Positions 25,466 to 39,864 are shown, numbered from the stretch's first letter. The stretch: DNA of 64,000 bases from Octopus vulgaris (GCA_951406725.2 OX597818.1:61194001-61258000); one strand, 5' to 3'. Translations and numbers: made by a program. The notes: generated by a model from the sequence alone, not told the origin.

Positions 25466-26473
25466 GAAGCACAGACATAGTTGTGTGGGTGATCAAGAAG
25501 TTCACCTTGTAACCATGTGTTTCCAGGTTCGATCCCACTGCAGAGCACTTAGAACAAATGTCTTCTGTAGAAGATGAGTTGTGGGAGAAAGCTTTAGAAG
25601 ACAGCACTTTTGCTGAGATGGATGGGTCTTCCAAAGCGCAGCATATCACCCTTCATCTTAGTCTGGTATCATCTACTTGAGACTCAACATCTTGAAGCTG
25701 GCCTTCTCTACTTCGTCCAACATTTTCCTGAGCCTTCCTCTTCCATAAGTTCTAGCCATTTTTAGTGTGCATATAAACATCCATACATGTATCTATAAAC
25801 ACACACACACACACACACACAATGTATAAACAGAAGCTGAAAGATTGCTTTAAGATACACAGCATATTTTATGAAAATGCCTGCTCAAGTATCATAATAG
25901 TATGAAACTATTAGAAGCTCTTTTGATGGCGTGTTTAATTTGATATGTGCCTGTGTGTATGCATATACATTCTTACATTCATAACATAAATGTATATATA
26001 TATATGCATGCATAAATATATATACAAATACTTAGATATGCATACACATGCATTAACCTATCCATACTAACATATACTCTGGACCATTTACCATTGTTGA
26101 GTGCAATTTTTACCAAATCTTTGACATTCACTCTCTTCATAGTTTCATAAATTTTTGTCTGTTTTCAAGTTTCCTCCTTCTTTGTAAGAAAGCATTTCCA
26201 CACTGCTAAGTACTTTTCTTATACACATTAAAAACATCTTTCACATTACTCTTGCCATCTTCTCTACTTCCTCAGCATTTATATTCCCTTCAATTCACTC
26301 ACCTAACAAATTATACATACTCACCAACACTCAATATCCTCATCAACCAATGCCATTATACTTCCAGACTTGCACACTTCTGTACACACACACACATACA
26401 CACAACACATACTAACACACACACATTCCACTCACTTCTTATACACACTTCTAGACATGGATACAATTTTATA

Positions 26474-26875
26474 CTAGCACGAGCAAAACGCCCTCCCCCT
26501 CCAATGGACGGTGCTAAGTTGTCAAACATTTAAACCAAATTTTCTCAAAACAACTTGTCCGACCGTTCCATAGGCCTCCCCTTTGAGAAACACTGATTTA
26601 ACCTAAATTTGAGACACCAGCAAAAGAAGAAATAAAGATAGACTTTTTTCTATTCCAAAGAAAAACGATTTTATTGCACGTACAAATGCACGTTTCCATG
26701 GCAATATTGATTGCATTCTCACCTGGAATCGATTTTTGTAATTTTTTCGAGACTTATATACACACCCTGATACCATCGGTATCTATATATCAAATTTGAG
26801 CGCAATCGGATGGAGAATGCCTGAGATCCTAGAAGACACACTCACAGACAGACAGAACGGATTTTATATAATAGA
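26474..26875 (-). mobile_element. Non-autonomous Helitron-like element
   Basis: On the minus strand begins A|TCTATTATATAAAAT followed by (TCTG)n and ends CTAG|T; no TSD; subterminal hairpin not clear. Confidence 0.6.
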
Positions 26876-27177
26876 TTTCCATGCTTGCCCTTTTCTCCCT
26901 TAAACCCACTCCTCATAGAACAGCATTTCTACTCAGTTTCTAATGCCCTGCTCATTTCTTTTTCTTCTTACAAACAGGGCAGCCAGAGATGAAACCAACA
27001 CAAAGGTAGAGTCTTCTATAAATTTCTTTGTTCTTAACAGCAGAAGTCTCTTCATTGCTAAGGACTATTTTTCTGCCCTAATGCTAGACAGGGCTTTGGG
27101 AGGAAGACAAAATCACTTGTAAGTCTCCAAATATTCCTGAGCTGCTTCCACAGAATGAGTTCTCAAAGAGGAGGTTA

Positions 27178-27340
27178 TCATCATCACCATCATCATCATC
27201 GTTTAATGTCCGCTTTCCATGCTGGCATGGGTTGGACGTTTTGACTGAGGATTGGTGAGCCAGAAGGCTGTACCAGGCTCCAACCTGATTAGGAAATAGA
27301 TTTCTTTATTGGCCACGCAGGGCTGAACACAGAAGGGACA
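27178..27340 (-). mobile_element. Family C 3' fragment abutting a family B tail fragment
   Basis: catcatcgtttaatgtccgc... then tttctttattggccacgcagggctgaacacag. Confidence 0.65.
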
Positions 27341-27744
27341 AAATACAAAGTAGAGCTTTTCTTTTGGGGAAGAAAAGGGGAGAAAAAAAAAGGGGGCGAA
27401 TTCCAATTAAAAGGGATTGTGGAAAAAAAAAAGTGGGGCCGATCAATAGGGATTGAAAACATTTCTTCTGATTTGTATCAACAGTTTCCTACTAAACTTT
27501 ACTGTGTCTGGGTGAGGCTGCATAGGACAGCAGCATAAAATTCAATTGGTTGTTAAAACTTGGAAAGATAACAATAACAGTGGGAAAATTTCAGCAATAT
27601 ATTGGGATATTATAGACGAGATGAAGTTGGTAAGCAGAGTGAGTTTTTGTTGATCAGTTGAGTCTGGGAATTTGGCAAGAAAATTTAGGTAAGTAGTTTT
27701 GTACAAACTCCAGTTTGTGCTGGTATATGATGAAGAGCCATTAA

Positions 27745-27964
27745 CCCTTTTGTTACCAACCCGGCTGAAACTGGCTCTGGATCTGAGTACAAATGTCTTG
27801 TTTTCATGAATTTTGAATTAAAATTTTCCACCAAACCTTAGTCACAATTTATATTCCTAACTCTAGCTTAATGATAACTAAGTTATTTTACTAAATTCTG
27901 AATTATATTTAAAGTAATTGAAAGAAACACAGAGCATCTCAATAGAAATACGGTAACGAAAGGG
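27745..27964. mobile_element. piggyBac-type MITE (220 bp)
   Basis: TTAA|cccttttgttacc ... ggtaacgaaaggg|CTAA. Confidence 0.75.
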
Positions 27965-28654
27965 CTAAAGCAATGTAGCAGAAGAATTTCTTCTATTGTT
28001 ACTTGTTATATTTCCAAGTTTTAGCAATTGCTACATATTGTTACTTCTGGTCCAACTGCATTATGGGGTACCTTAGTTGCAAGAGATACACTGAGGTCGA
28101 AAGTTTCAGCTTAATAAAACGGTTTCTTCTTGCTTAATGTTTCTCATTATGACTATTTATTCAGCTAAACTGTTCAACTTCTTCAGTATAGCAATCAAAA
28201 AGGGGAAATGTCTGTTTATTGTAAATGCTTGTCTGACAGTCTTCAATTAGGTTAACTCATAATGCATCTGGACCGGAAGCAGCAATTCTTAACACCGAGA
28301 TTATGCAATTCCTTAGCTATTATTTTAGTTTTGTTGGCTACCCCACCATCACACACTAGTTTTTCCACCATAAAAATGATATTACTCCACAGATATATAA
28401 CTCATGCATTTTGTTACACAAGCAATGTCTATCCTATCTTTTGTATTTGAATTAATTTCATGTAAATATTCACAGAAGTGTTTTAATAATTTCTTTTTCA
28501 TATTGAGTAAGCACTTTGGGTTATTAAAATTTCTCACAAATACCAAAGGATCAACAAATCAATTCTAATTTTCATAATTGCAGGAGATGAGAAACTCTCT
28601 CCTACATATAACATCAATTCTTCACAGCTAACTATGCATGCATACCTTTCCTAA

Positions 28655-29072
28655 TAATCATCATTGTTCAACCGTGGTCAAGACAATGGAATTTCACGGT
28701 CCATCATAGCATTACGGAGGCCCTGTTGCTGGATGCCTGTATCCCTGGAGATTACATCAGGGTAGTAGAGTGTGCACCCTCTGGTATCGCGAGCAGATGG
28801 CTTCCAGAGGAGAAGAGTAGAAATTACCTCGTTTTCAGCTCTACAACAATGTCCAGCAAACTGGACTCTTCTACCTTTCACAAGAGATGATACAGGTGGT
28901 AATTTTCCATATATTTGTACTTTGGTTGGATGATACTTCCACGAGAGGTTTTGAGCTCTCATAAGGAGGCGAGTGTAAGTTCCATTCAACCGCCTCTCAA
29001 GCTTCTTTGATAACGTCCAGGTTTCTGAGCCATATAGTAGAATTGGTTCGACTGTGGCTTTGAAGATTGTGG
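28655..29072 (-). mobile_element. 5'-truncated RTE-clade LINE (C-terminal ORF and short-repeat tail)
   Basis: IFKATVEPILLYGSETWTLSKKLERRL...RRVQFAGHC...MMDRE is the typical RTE post-RT region; atgatgattatta tail. Confidence 0.88.
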
Positions 29073-29779
29073 CACTAAGACGCAAGGAGTAAAATGTGTT
29101 GCCTTGAAACACAAAAATTACCAAACACATATTTATGTTCAAGAAACAAATGGAAACTAGTCCTAATACTACACACACACACATCCATTTCTGCCTCATT
29201 TCTGCATTTCTAGTATGATTACTTCAAAATACCAAATCCTGTGAACTAAATTCATAATAATAAAATATGCAGAAATTTTATATACAAATCACTTTTTATG
29301 TTAAAAATTATTCAGTTGGATGCTATTGTTTCTTGCTTATAAAGATGCAACAAAAATAAAGTTTTAAAATATTTTATTTCTTCAAAGTAATAACCTATGT
29401 TGAAGACAGTAAATTTGAAAATACAATAAAATGCAAAGAACAAGAGTTTTATCTTTACTACTTTGTATTGTCCTCAAATAAATATTTCACATTTATTTTG
29501 AATAATTAAATTTGTTATCACCTAACATTCTAATGTGGAATATAGGAAAAAAAAAAAGAGAAATATTGACGATAATGATGATCATTTATATTTTCCAATA
29601 GACAATTATAAGAATGGCATTTATGAGGGGTAAGAAGATGGCAAGAGCATTACAAGAATATACTTCAATACTTCTCCAAGAAATGCTGACATTCTAATGA
29701 CCAAAGAGCATTGAAGTATGAGAATGTTGCTTATAAATTCATAAAGTACAAAAATATTTCTCTCAGTACATATACAACT

Positions 29780-29822
<43 letters not shown>

Positions 29823-31109
29823 TACTACTACTATTACACACACACACACTTCTAAATATTGTTGAACAATTAGAATTAATTATCTCAAGATTAAACTGAG
29901 TTAACACTGAATGTAATCAAATTATGGGGCAAAAAAAACGCATGCAACATATTTCTTACTTCAAAAGGCATGCATAAGAAACTATCCATGCGATGAGCAG
30001 ATAATGAAAACCTCAACAAGTACTTTGAACAACTGAATTATACAATTTATGGAGTTAAAATAAATATCAAATGAAAGACAATTCCAATAATTTAATTGCT
30101 GCAATGTTTTATGTATTAGATACATGTGATTTATCAAGATAAGTAATTTCATTGAAACTAATCTATCAGAGAGAAAATACGGAATTTCATCGTTGAGCTT
30201 CAAATTAACATAAAAAAAAAGTTTGATAATTGTTTTAGACTGGTGAACTTGTTGAGAATTAGTGCACTGCAAACGCTTCGACATTGAAGACGTATTACAC
30301 TCAAACAACTGTACTAGATGCAAATCAAACTAGACATGAGGAAACAGGAATAATTGAATTTCTTGAAGAAAAAAATAAAATCAGTGTTATACCCATCTAA
30401 TGAAAAACTTCCACTTAGACATGTCACAGCCTCTGGCGCATAAACAATCATTACTTTTGCTATAACTCTAATATCACAATTTGTGAAAACAGTGTTTTCC
30501 ATCCCAATTTAACAAAAATCTACAATATCAAATTCTCGTAGCACTGTTTGACATGATCTTTTCAATTTGTTTCCAAAGTTTTACACTGGAATTTCAACGG
30601 AGCAAAAGAAATATTACAAGTCATTAAACAAGAATATAGCATACAAATTAACGAGTCTGTTTCAAGATTATGGAGATGATTATGTAATCAATTCTAACAG
30701 CAGATTTATTTAGTGAAGTGTTTAATTGATGTTTATGCATACAGCCTATGCAGCCTGTAACTCAGATATGAGCACCCATCACTTATGTTCACTCTCTTTC
30801 CTCCATCAGTTCACCCGCTGTTTGACTATTCAGTGACCTTCCTTTTTGAAACGGGCATTTAATGTGTCTAATTTAGCTGCAAATATATACAGCATTACGG
30901 AGATGTACTTGCATAGCAAGTGATCTGATCTGAGATCGTATGCTGGAACGAAAACAATTGCAACGTGGAAGGTGTTTATAAGCCATTTAAGAAACACACA
31001 AAAACCGTTAGATTCACTTCAACATTTAAATTTAATTTCTCAAAATATTTTCGTCGCTTTGAGACCGCAACCTGTTCACTGACAAAATTCTGTGATTCAT
31101 TTCTTTTAA

Positions 31110-31329
31110 CCCTTTAGTGTTTAAACCAGCCATATCAGGCCAAAATTGTCTTCCTGTTTTATGCTCAAACCAGCCAGCTCTGACCTCTCACACCTACCCT
31201 ACAAAGTCATTCTAAAAATAAACAAGGACATCATCAAAATCCCGGAGTTACAAGATGCTCTACAATTAATTTAAAATAATGTAATTAAACAGACTTTAGA
31301 TTTGACAGAGTAATCTGAATGCTAAAGGG
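31110..31329. mobile_element. piggyBac-type MITE (220 bp)
   Basis: TTAA|ccctttagtgtt ... aatgctaaaggg|TTAA. Confidence 0.8.
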
Positions 31330-31529
31330 TTAATCAATTACAACTTTTATAAGCGGGCAGGTATATAGTTGAGTGAAAAATCTCCGGTTTTTGTGAAGGT
31401 ATTTACAGATTAATCTGGGATGCAAAGCTTGGCAAGATACAAACTTGGAACATAAAAGACAACTAAATTTAACACCTGCTGCATAAAATAGCAAACACAT
31501 ACACCACAATTATATGCATCTATAGGTCG

Positions 31530-31691
31530 AGGTGGGGATGTGTTGACGAGAAGCATGCTTCATAACCACATGATTTCAGGTTCAGTCCCACTGCATGGCA
31601 CCTTGGGCAAATATCTTTGACTGTAGACCTGAGTTAACAAAAGTCTTGTAGGTGGTTTTGGTTGAAGGAAACTGAAAGGAACCTACTATGT

Positions 31692-31753
<62 letters not shown>

Positions 31754-32015
31754 TTGTGTGTGTGAATGTTCGTGTCTCTTTATCTTGACTGTTGACAGTG
31801 TGCGATGATCGTAAATGAATGTGTTGCCATACAAACAGTGCCATTCCTTTCCAATATTCTGTGGAAACCTGCTGTCGTACCATGAGGAAATATTACCGTG
31901 GTTGGAAACAGGCGAGGATTAGTGACAATGATGGTATTTGGCTGTAGAGAATCTGCCTCATTAAATTCCTTCCAGCCTTTGCAAGCATGGGAAGTTGGGC
32001 AGTAAAGCAATGATA
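31530..32015 (+). mobile_element. Old SINE with family A-like head and family C-like tail
   Basis: ggttcagtcccactgcatggcaccttgggcaa head, (TG)n, then ggctgtagagaatctgcc...gcaagcatgggaag. Confidence 0.6.
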
Positions 32016-32061
32016 ATAGTGATGGTATAAGTATCAGCACACAGCACATTTATTTATGCAT

Positions 32062-32147
32062 GCAGGTAGGCAGGTAGGCAGGTAGATGGAGACAGACAGA
32101 CAGATAGATAGACAGATAGCTAGCTAGCTAGATATATAGATAGATAA

Positions 32148-32208
<61 letters not shown>

Positions 32209-32525
32209 AGACAGATAGATAGACAGACAGACAAATAGATAGACAAATAGAGAGACAGATAGGCAGATAGATAGACAGACAGACAGATAGACAGACAGAC
32301 AGATAGACAGACAGATAGACAGAGAGATAGACAGATAGACAGCTAGATAGATAGATAGGGAAATAGATAGCTAGCTAGATAGATGAATAGATAGCTAGCT
32401 AGCTAGCTAGCTAGATAGATAGATAGATCAACAAATAGATAGCTAGATAGATCAACAAACAGACAGCTAGATAGATAGATAGAGATACAGAAAGACAGAC
32501 AGATACATAGACAGTGATATAGATA
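32062..32525. repeat. (GATA)/(GACA)/(GCTA) tetranucleotide microsatellite
   Basis: Read directly. Confidence 0.95.
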
Positions 32526-33092
32526 TATTATTCATTCACATTTAACAAAGAAAGCTTGGTATTTCATAACACCTAGTGCATTTAAAATTATTAATGTCCA
32601 TAACTAAATAGTTCTGTCCATGATTTTTTTTTTATCATTTCCTTTGACGTTTACCTAATAAAATAAAAAGTTCCAAACTTGTGTTTTGGTTTTTATTTAT
32701 TTTTTTAACTTTACAACTGCTTATTTCCAAAACTTCAAAGTAATGTAATTCCTTGTAGTTTATAGTAAAAAAAAAATAAAATAAAATCCTGTTCCAAATA
32801 TTTTTATCACAAGCACATGAATATTATCTATTATCTAATACTAGACAGAAATGTGATGTAAATAATTCAGAATATAACAATATACTATTTTATACTATAT
32901 ATATAAACCAAGGTTGTGTGATTAAGATAATCACTTCACAAACATACATAGTCATTCATAGACTCACTCAACTCTGTTGAGCACTTCTGAGAAGTGATGT
33001 CTGCAACAACTTTGGATTGACCAATGCCTTACGAGTGAAATTTGAGAAATGGAAACTGTGCGAAAACACATGGATACTATATTGTATTTAAG

Positions 33093-33460
33093 GTTATTTA
33101 CATTATTTACATTTGACAGATATTTGGCCTGAACTTGTTTGTTGTTAAACACAACATTTTGGCTGATATACCCTCCAGCCTTCATCAGGTGAGGGTATAT
33201 TCAAACCTGGGTTTTTTTTTTCCTAAGGTATTTTTTCAATGTAATATTTGTTATTATTATTATTCAGGTCACTGCCTGAAAATCGAACTCGGAATCTTGG
33301 AGTTAGTAGCCCACGCTCTTAACCACTATGCCATATACCTGTGGGCTGGAGAGTTTATCAACCAAAACGTTGAGTTAACAACAAACAAGATGATGAGGAC
33401 AAATATCTGTCAAATGTAAATAATGTGCCTTATTCCTCATCTCTTAAGTATAGAACTGTA
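33093..33460. mobile_element. Family D foldback copy (diverged, right arm internally deleted)
   Basis: Left arm on minus carries the head plus CACCTGATGAAGGCTG...CAGCCAAAATGTTGTGTT; apex gccatatacctgtgggc; right arm ends tatagaactgta; tgtatttaag at 33083-33092 and 33457-33466. Confidence 0.8.
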
Positions 33461-33847
33461 TTTAAGTTGAGTCATCTGACAAACAAAAATCAACAAAATC
33501 AGTAGGAGATCAAGTATGGGGGTACTAATAAACTAAAACCACGAAATTAGTGTCCTAGCAGAGTACGAACCAATGAGTAAAACTAATAAAAGATTTTACA
33601 TAGAAGTATGTCACCACAATGGATTTTTATTACTTTAAATATGTATTATTATTATCAATGGCAGAAGCAGCCACCTGGAGGGAGAATAGGTGCCTCTTGC
33701 AAGTGCACTAAACTTTTATTAGACCAGGAAAGTCTCTTCATTTCTGACACTACAGTGCTCTTCCATGACCTTTTCACAGTACCACAGAGCTAATTCTGAG
33801 GAAAGACATTGAAAGAATTGATCCTGGTATTTTACTGATATCATATC

Positions 33848-34260
33848 TATTTCTTTACTACCCACAAGGGGCTAAACACACAGGGGACAAACAAGAACAG
33901 ACAAATGGATTAAGTCGATTATATCGACCCCAGTGCGTAACTGGTACTTAATTTATCGACTCTGAAAGGATGAAAGGCAAAGTTGACCGCGGTGGAATTT
34001 GAACTCAGAACGCAGCGGTGGATGAAATGCCTATTTCTTTACTACCCACAAGGGGCTAAACACAGAGAGGACAAACAAGGACAGACACATGGATTAAGTC
34101 GATTATATCGACCCCAGTGCGTAACTGGTACTTATTTATCGACCCTGAAAGGATGAAAGGCAAAGTCGCCCCCTGCAGAATTTGAACTCAGAACATACTG
34201 GCAGATGAAATACAGCTACACATTTCGCCCGGCGTGCTAACATTTCTGCCAGCTCGCCGC
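33848..34260 (-). mobile_element. Family B SINE, dimeric body
   Basis: 17-bp TSD tttactgatatcatatc (33831-33847 / 34261-34277). Confidence 0.9.
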
Positions 34261-36019
34261 TTTACTGATATCATATCAAATCCAAAAGTGTGAAAGGCGA
34301 TGTTAGCTATAGCAGAATTTGAACTCAGAAAACCTAGACAGAAACAAAACTGCAAAGCATTTTGTCCAATACTTTCACCACTCTTCCAATTCACTGCCCT
34401 GCTTTTTGCATGTGAGAGAGACAGACATTATATATATATATATTCGCAAAACATTTACAGACGGATAATGGAGAAACTAGCAGTGTATAACTGCACTGAA
34501 GGTAAAGCATAATGACATTGGACATAGATAATATCTTGTAAATTTAAGCCGCACACATATGAGAGATACTGACGAGATATGGAGACATTCATGAACTATT
34601 CATGAATCTATTAGCAGAGAGAACAGAACTGATGATACTAATGTTTGTGGCATAACTGTATAAAAAAAAAAAATCTAAGGAAAAAGAAATCTATGAATAT
34701 ACAAAGTAGAATGTAATACAAATTTGGTAGAGGTGTGTGAATGAAAGTGCTGGTTGGAAAATAAGCGTAAGCTCTTTATTTTATACACATACTGAATACA
34801 AACACTGACCACCTGTAATTTCTACAAGGCAACATTCAAACCGAGCATTAATTAAGAAAACAGCAAGCAAATCTGAATCTTATAATTATTTTTATGTGTG
34901 GTTCAATAACACTTCTTGCAATGTCTAAATGAACATTATAGGAAGCATCGATGAAGAAAAAAATGCTAAGACAATGTAATGCTATTAATCACACACAACG
35001 TATATATAGCTATGTGTGCGTAAATGTGTTAGCAAGCAAAACAAACATATATTATTAAATGTATGTAACAAATATTTAGGTTGCTGAAATAAGTCTAAGT
35101 GCTGCTTATCTTTTTAAGAAACTGATTCTCTATATGATTATGATGTGCTAGGATATAAATTTGTGTCAGTTGAAGGCACTAAACAAATTTTAAAATTAAT
35201 TCAATTGATAGTGTATAATCACAGGGAATGGAAAACTAATCGAATAGAAGACAAGGAAAAGTAGCAATGCAGAAGCATCTTTAGTTACAAACAGCAGAAT
35301 GGTTTGTAAAGAAATACACTTCTTAGCAACAGCAGACAGAGTCTCTCTCTCTCTCCGTATATATAAAAAGAATGATATACGATAGATAAATATGTGCAAC
35401 ACCATGTTTTGTTGTTGGAAAGGAAGGAACTAAATAACCAACGTGAACTTAATGTGACTGGATATTAGGGTTAGGGTTAGGAGAGAGGAAATGAAAAAAA
35501 TATCAGAATCTGCTACGATATAGGATAAGAATGAATGCAGCATAAAGGATAAAATTAATGATGTTGGAGCGGTTACTTGACACGAGCTGAGGAAGAAATA
35601 TACTGAGGAAGTGCCAGAACAAAGTAATTTAAACAGAACTAATACAGTTGAAGCTAGTGATAAATGATAATAGCAGAGAGAAAGAATAAGTTTATATAGC
35701 AGTGGCAGATTGACAGTGTGGAAAAGATTTCAAAATTGATGATTATAATATATCTAAATAGGATTTTATGCATCAAGATGGAGAAAAAAAGAGATGAAAC
35801 TTATGATACCTGTGGGCTTTTTCCAGGCTAGTGAGATCAGTGTGGTTGATGTTCAGTTGAAACTTCTGTGACTTGTGTAGGATTGTGGAAGTCAGGTGGG
35901 GATTCCAGAATGTTTTGTGTAGACCTGATAGGATGAACTACACTAGTGGTGCATTAGATAAACTAGTAGATACAGTACAGTAAGAACCAAGGAGAGAAGT
36001 AGCATGAGTAAGCCATGAA

Positions 36020-36194
36020 AGGCATTAAGTCAATTACATAGACCCCAGTGCGTAACTGGTACTTAATATTTCAACCCTAAAAGGATGAAAGGCAAAGTCG
36101 ACCTTGGCGGAATTTGAACTCAGAATGTAACAGCAGACGAAATATGGCTACGCATTTCGCCCGGCGTGCTAACGATTCTGCCAGCTCGCCGCCT
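36020..36194 (-). mobile_element. Family B SINE, 3'-truncated
   Basis: Head and central domain on the minus strand. Confidence 0.8.
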
Positions 36195-38061
36195 TCCAAT
36201 GTTATATATAAACAAGTAAGTCTTTACTTTTCAGCCAAGCAACCTTCATTTGTATGTGGAATGACTGCATGTGTGCGAATGTGTCTCACAGCAACAGTCC
36301 CATTCATGTGCGCCGTGCTTGAGTATACCATAGCAAATAACGGAAGCTGAAATAGTTTCTGGCTGAGGACAAATTCTAGTCTTTGGAACACAAATTTGGC
36401 AAAGTTATATATGTGACATTGATGAGAGTTCAAAGCTCATGAGCGCTGCCATTTTAGAAATTTTAAGGAAAAGTCTGGTACAAGGTTGTTTCTTGGATAA
36501 TCTGCATATTCTTTGCATCTTAAAGGACACCAATTTGTCAGTATGAGGAGGAAACTTTAAAAATCTTTCTTCATTGGTTGTGGGAGTATATTATGATGTT
36601 GAAAACTATGTACATGCAGACAGTTGAGGAGGAGTTAGCATTAGTATCATTCTTATAGAAATAATAGTCAAGATGAGTATCTTTCTTATGGGAGTAATAG
36701 AGCTAGAATAGAAATGGTAACCCATCAATATCCAGAAGAAAGAGTACAGGGTACATAACAGAACCAAGATGTGCATTAGAATTGCCGAATGCAAAAAGTC
36801 AAGGTTTGGAGCATTTAAAAAAGTTAATGATTGATTGATTGCAGTTTGGAAGGTGAAAAAGCTTGGAAGTTTGTGTGATGCATGAAGACATTATTTGCTT
36901 TTGCGTCTGTTGTTTTGAAAATGTTGTGCACAGAGATAAGCAATTCTTAGTTGTTGGTAAATGGTTTTCTGTGGGTATTGTATGAAATATTCTTCAGCTT
37001 AACAAAAGTAATGCAGTTGCAAAAGCGATTGTGAGCTTCAGCTGTGTAAAGGATGTATCCTTACCTCTAAGAATGGTGCCAGTCAGCGACTTAGACCATC
37101 TTGGATGAATTAAAGCAGCAGTGTATTCGCTGCTGAGGTTAGTTAGAAAACAACTGACAAGCTAGACAGAAGTGCAAGTGTTGAAAAGTAAGAAGATAAA
37201 TGGCAAGAAAATGAAATGTACTCAGAGACAGTGATGGCTGGTTAAAGGCTGAAAGTAAGTTCAATGGGTGTGTCAAGAATATAAGTAGGTAAAGATACAA
37301 ATTGGTGCAGGCAGTTCAGTGTAGCAAGATATTTAATAAGAGTGCCACCTGTGTTGCTGTGGAAGGAGTATGAGTATACATGGAGTATGCATTGGGGGGG
37401 AAACTATGATGATTATAGATTGATGCTAGCTGAGATAGAAGCCTTCAGTGAAAGACTGGGGAACAACTGCTAATGTGGTATGCACATTAATATCAACACT
37501 CACCAAAATGTATTGTCAAATATACCATTAGTAAAAATTATATTTTTCTGTTGAAACTAAATACAAACCTTTGTGATAAATGACAATGTGAAAAATTAGT
37601 ATTCAAAATAAAGTTTAATTCACCAAGAATGTTGCCTGAAATAAATTCTTATTTGATAATTGTAAGCATCATTTATACTCTACATTATCATGAAAACTTA
37701 TTAGGTCTGAAAAATTGCTATATTGGTGATAACATAATGCAAGGGGAATTAAAGCTAACAGCAATTAATAATACAGGAACAAAAATACAATTTTAACCAT
37801 TAAATAATATCATTTTAATTATTTTGGCAAATGCTGTGCTCTGAATATGTTTTCATCTTATCGTGTAAATGATATCTCAGTAATTCATTATCTGAACAAA
37901 TTCTTCTTTTCAACACCAGCCAGGATACATTTACTTAGTGGTCCTTCCATAAGTATGATGAAGTTCATGCTTTGTTGCTGAGATTATAAGATTGAAGGAA
38001 GTTAGCATTTGTCCCCCTGTAACACCCAAAATGACTCAAATGATAATAGTTAATAAATAAC

Positions 38062-38294
38062 TATTTCTTTACTACCCACAAAGGGCTAAACACAGAGAGG
38101 ACAAACAAGGACAGACACACAGATTAAGCCGATTATATTGACCCCAGTGCATAATTGGTACTTATTTAATCGACCCTGAAAAGATGAAAGGCAAAGTCAA
38201 CCTCGGCAGAATTTGAACTCAGAATGTAGAGATAGACGAAATACCGCTAAGCATTTCACCCGGCGTGCTAACATTTCGGCCAGTTTGCCGCCTT
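38062..38294 (-). mobile_element. Family B SINE monomer
   Basis: Full consensus; flanked by taatagttaataaataa on both sides. Confidence 0.88.
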
Positions 38295-39825
38295 AATAGT
38301 TAATAAATAATGCTGTTTTCTCCACATATGCCAACAGATTATTATTTCTACTTAGCTTTTTAATGTTATATCTAATGAAAATATAAATGATGGCTTGACT
38401 TTTATTTTTCCATATATATGGTACTTCTAAATTTAAATCCAAAATAAATTTGAAACTAGTGAAATAGGATTTAGAGATCGCTTTCAATACAAGAACAAGT
38501 AACACATTGACTTTGCAGTTAATTAAATACAATCAGTGCTTTGAAGAATTACTGTCCCCTAATGAGACACTAACCCAATTTTACCACAAGTTTTCTTTGC
38601 TGTTACAGATTAGCCTCTACTTAGCAAACATATAATCAAACCCATTGTAACCATAATTATCTCATCTCTTTTTCAAATATAATCTATCTATATATACATT
38701 TCTAGACTACCCATGACCTGTTGGGTCACATTGAAACTCTGAGTTTCCCAGCAACGGAATTTTGTTTTGAGGAGTTTTTCTTTTCCAGGTTATTTCACAT
38801 GCTTTCAAAGAATGTGACATTGAAAGGTTAGAGTTTCTTCCCTTTCAGGATGAAGTTAAATTTGGAACATTTTCCCATTATGCACCGTTTTGGGTATTTA
38901 TATCCCCCAAACCCTGAATATCTCAATAACTACTGCTTCAATTTATGCAAAACTTATTTCATTCCGTTTGTAATAAGATTTCAGGGTAGAGTTAATTCAT
39001 AGTATTTTCCCATTATGCTCCAGTTTGGCTGGGTAACATTGCAAGCAAGCAAGCAAGTTTCAAACTGACTTTTAATGTATTATTGATCAAAAATGTCCTA
39101 TTTTCAAGACAGTAGAATGTAATTTGGGGACTTGCTTGCTAACTCTAGCAGGCTGAGCAACCACACAGGCTGAGCAATCACACAGGCTATCCCATTGACT
39201 TGTATTATGAATTCAGGAGATGTTTGATAATTTTTTCCCCAGCTATCCTTAATAGAGACATTTCCATCATGTTCCACATATTCTTTAGGTAATCAGCTTT
39301 ATTTCCTCCATGGCTGGTTATATATATATTCATTTACTGAATTTTGTAGAAGTAATTGCAGAAACAAGACAAGTGATAGTAAATACCTATCTTTCCCTGC
39401 CTTTTTGATTAATTCCATTGAGTTTATACAACCAATTGATCCCCTGAGTATCAAACTACTTGTTTAATCAACTGAAAAATCCACTTGTAGCATATATAAT
39501 TGTATATTTATATATTTATAAATAGTGTATGTGTACATGTGTATAATTATAAACAGTATGTCACTGATGAAGTTGAGAATGGTATTGAAAGAACTCTGAC
39601 AAACCGGCTAAATGATTGATCATATGATTAATCAATTAATGAACTGGTTAATTAGATAACTAGCTGATTAATGATAAATCAAATAAAACCAGTGCATGTA
39701 TTTATTATTAGCAAAATGACCTTTTCACCAAGCACATACACTATACACACACGTTTGATAAAGAGACAACAAAGGTGCTTGACAATAATGGAACGCCTTC
39801 TCTCCCTACACACTCTCTCTCTTTC

Positions 39826-39829
<4 letters not shown>

Positions 39830-39856
<27 letters not shown>

Positions 39857-39864
39857 GATTATAT

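Noticed and set aside
24662-25649. Long YI/HT/CV-rich ORFs (also 41078-41818 and 61455-61883)
   Set aside because: Translations of stop-free dinucleotide microsatellites.
35464-35481. (TTAGGG)3 telomere-like repeat
   Set aside because: Too short to indicate a telomeric or fusion event.
35500-37470. Purine-skewed region that may be an old LINE
   Set aside because: No recognisable RT or endonuclease motif could be read.
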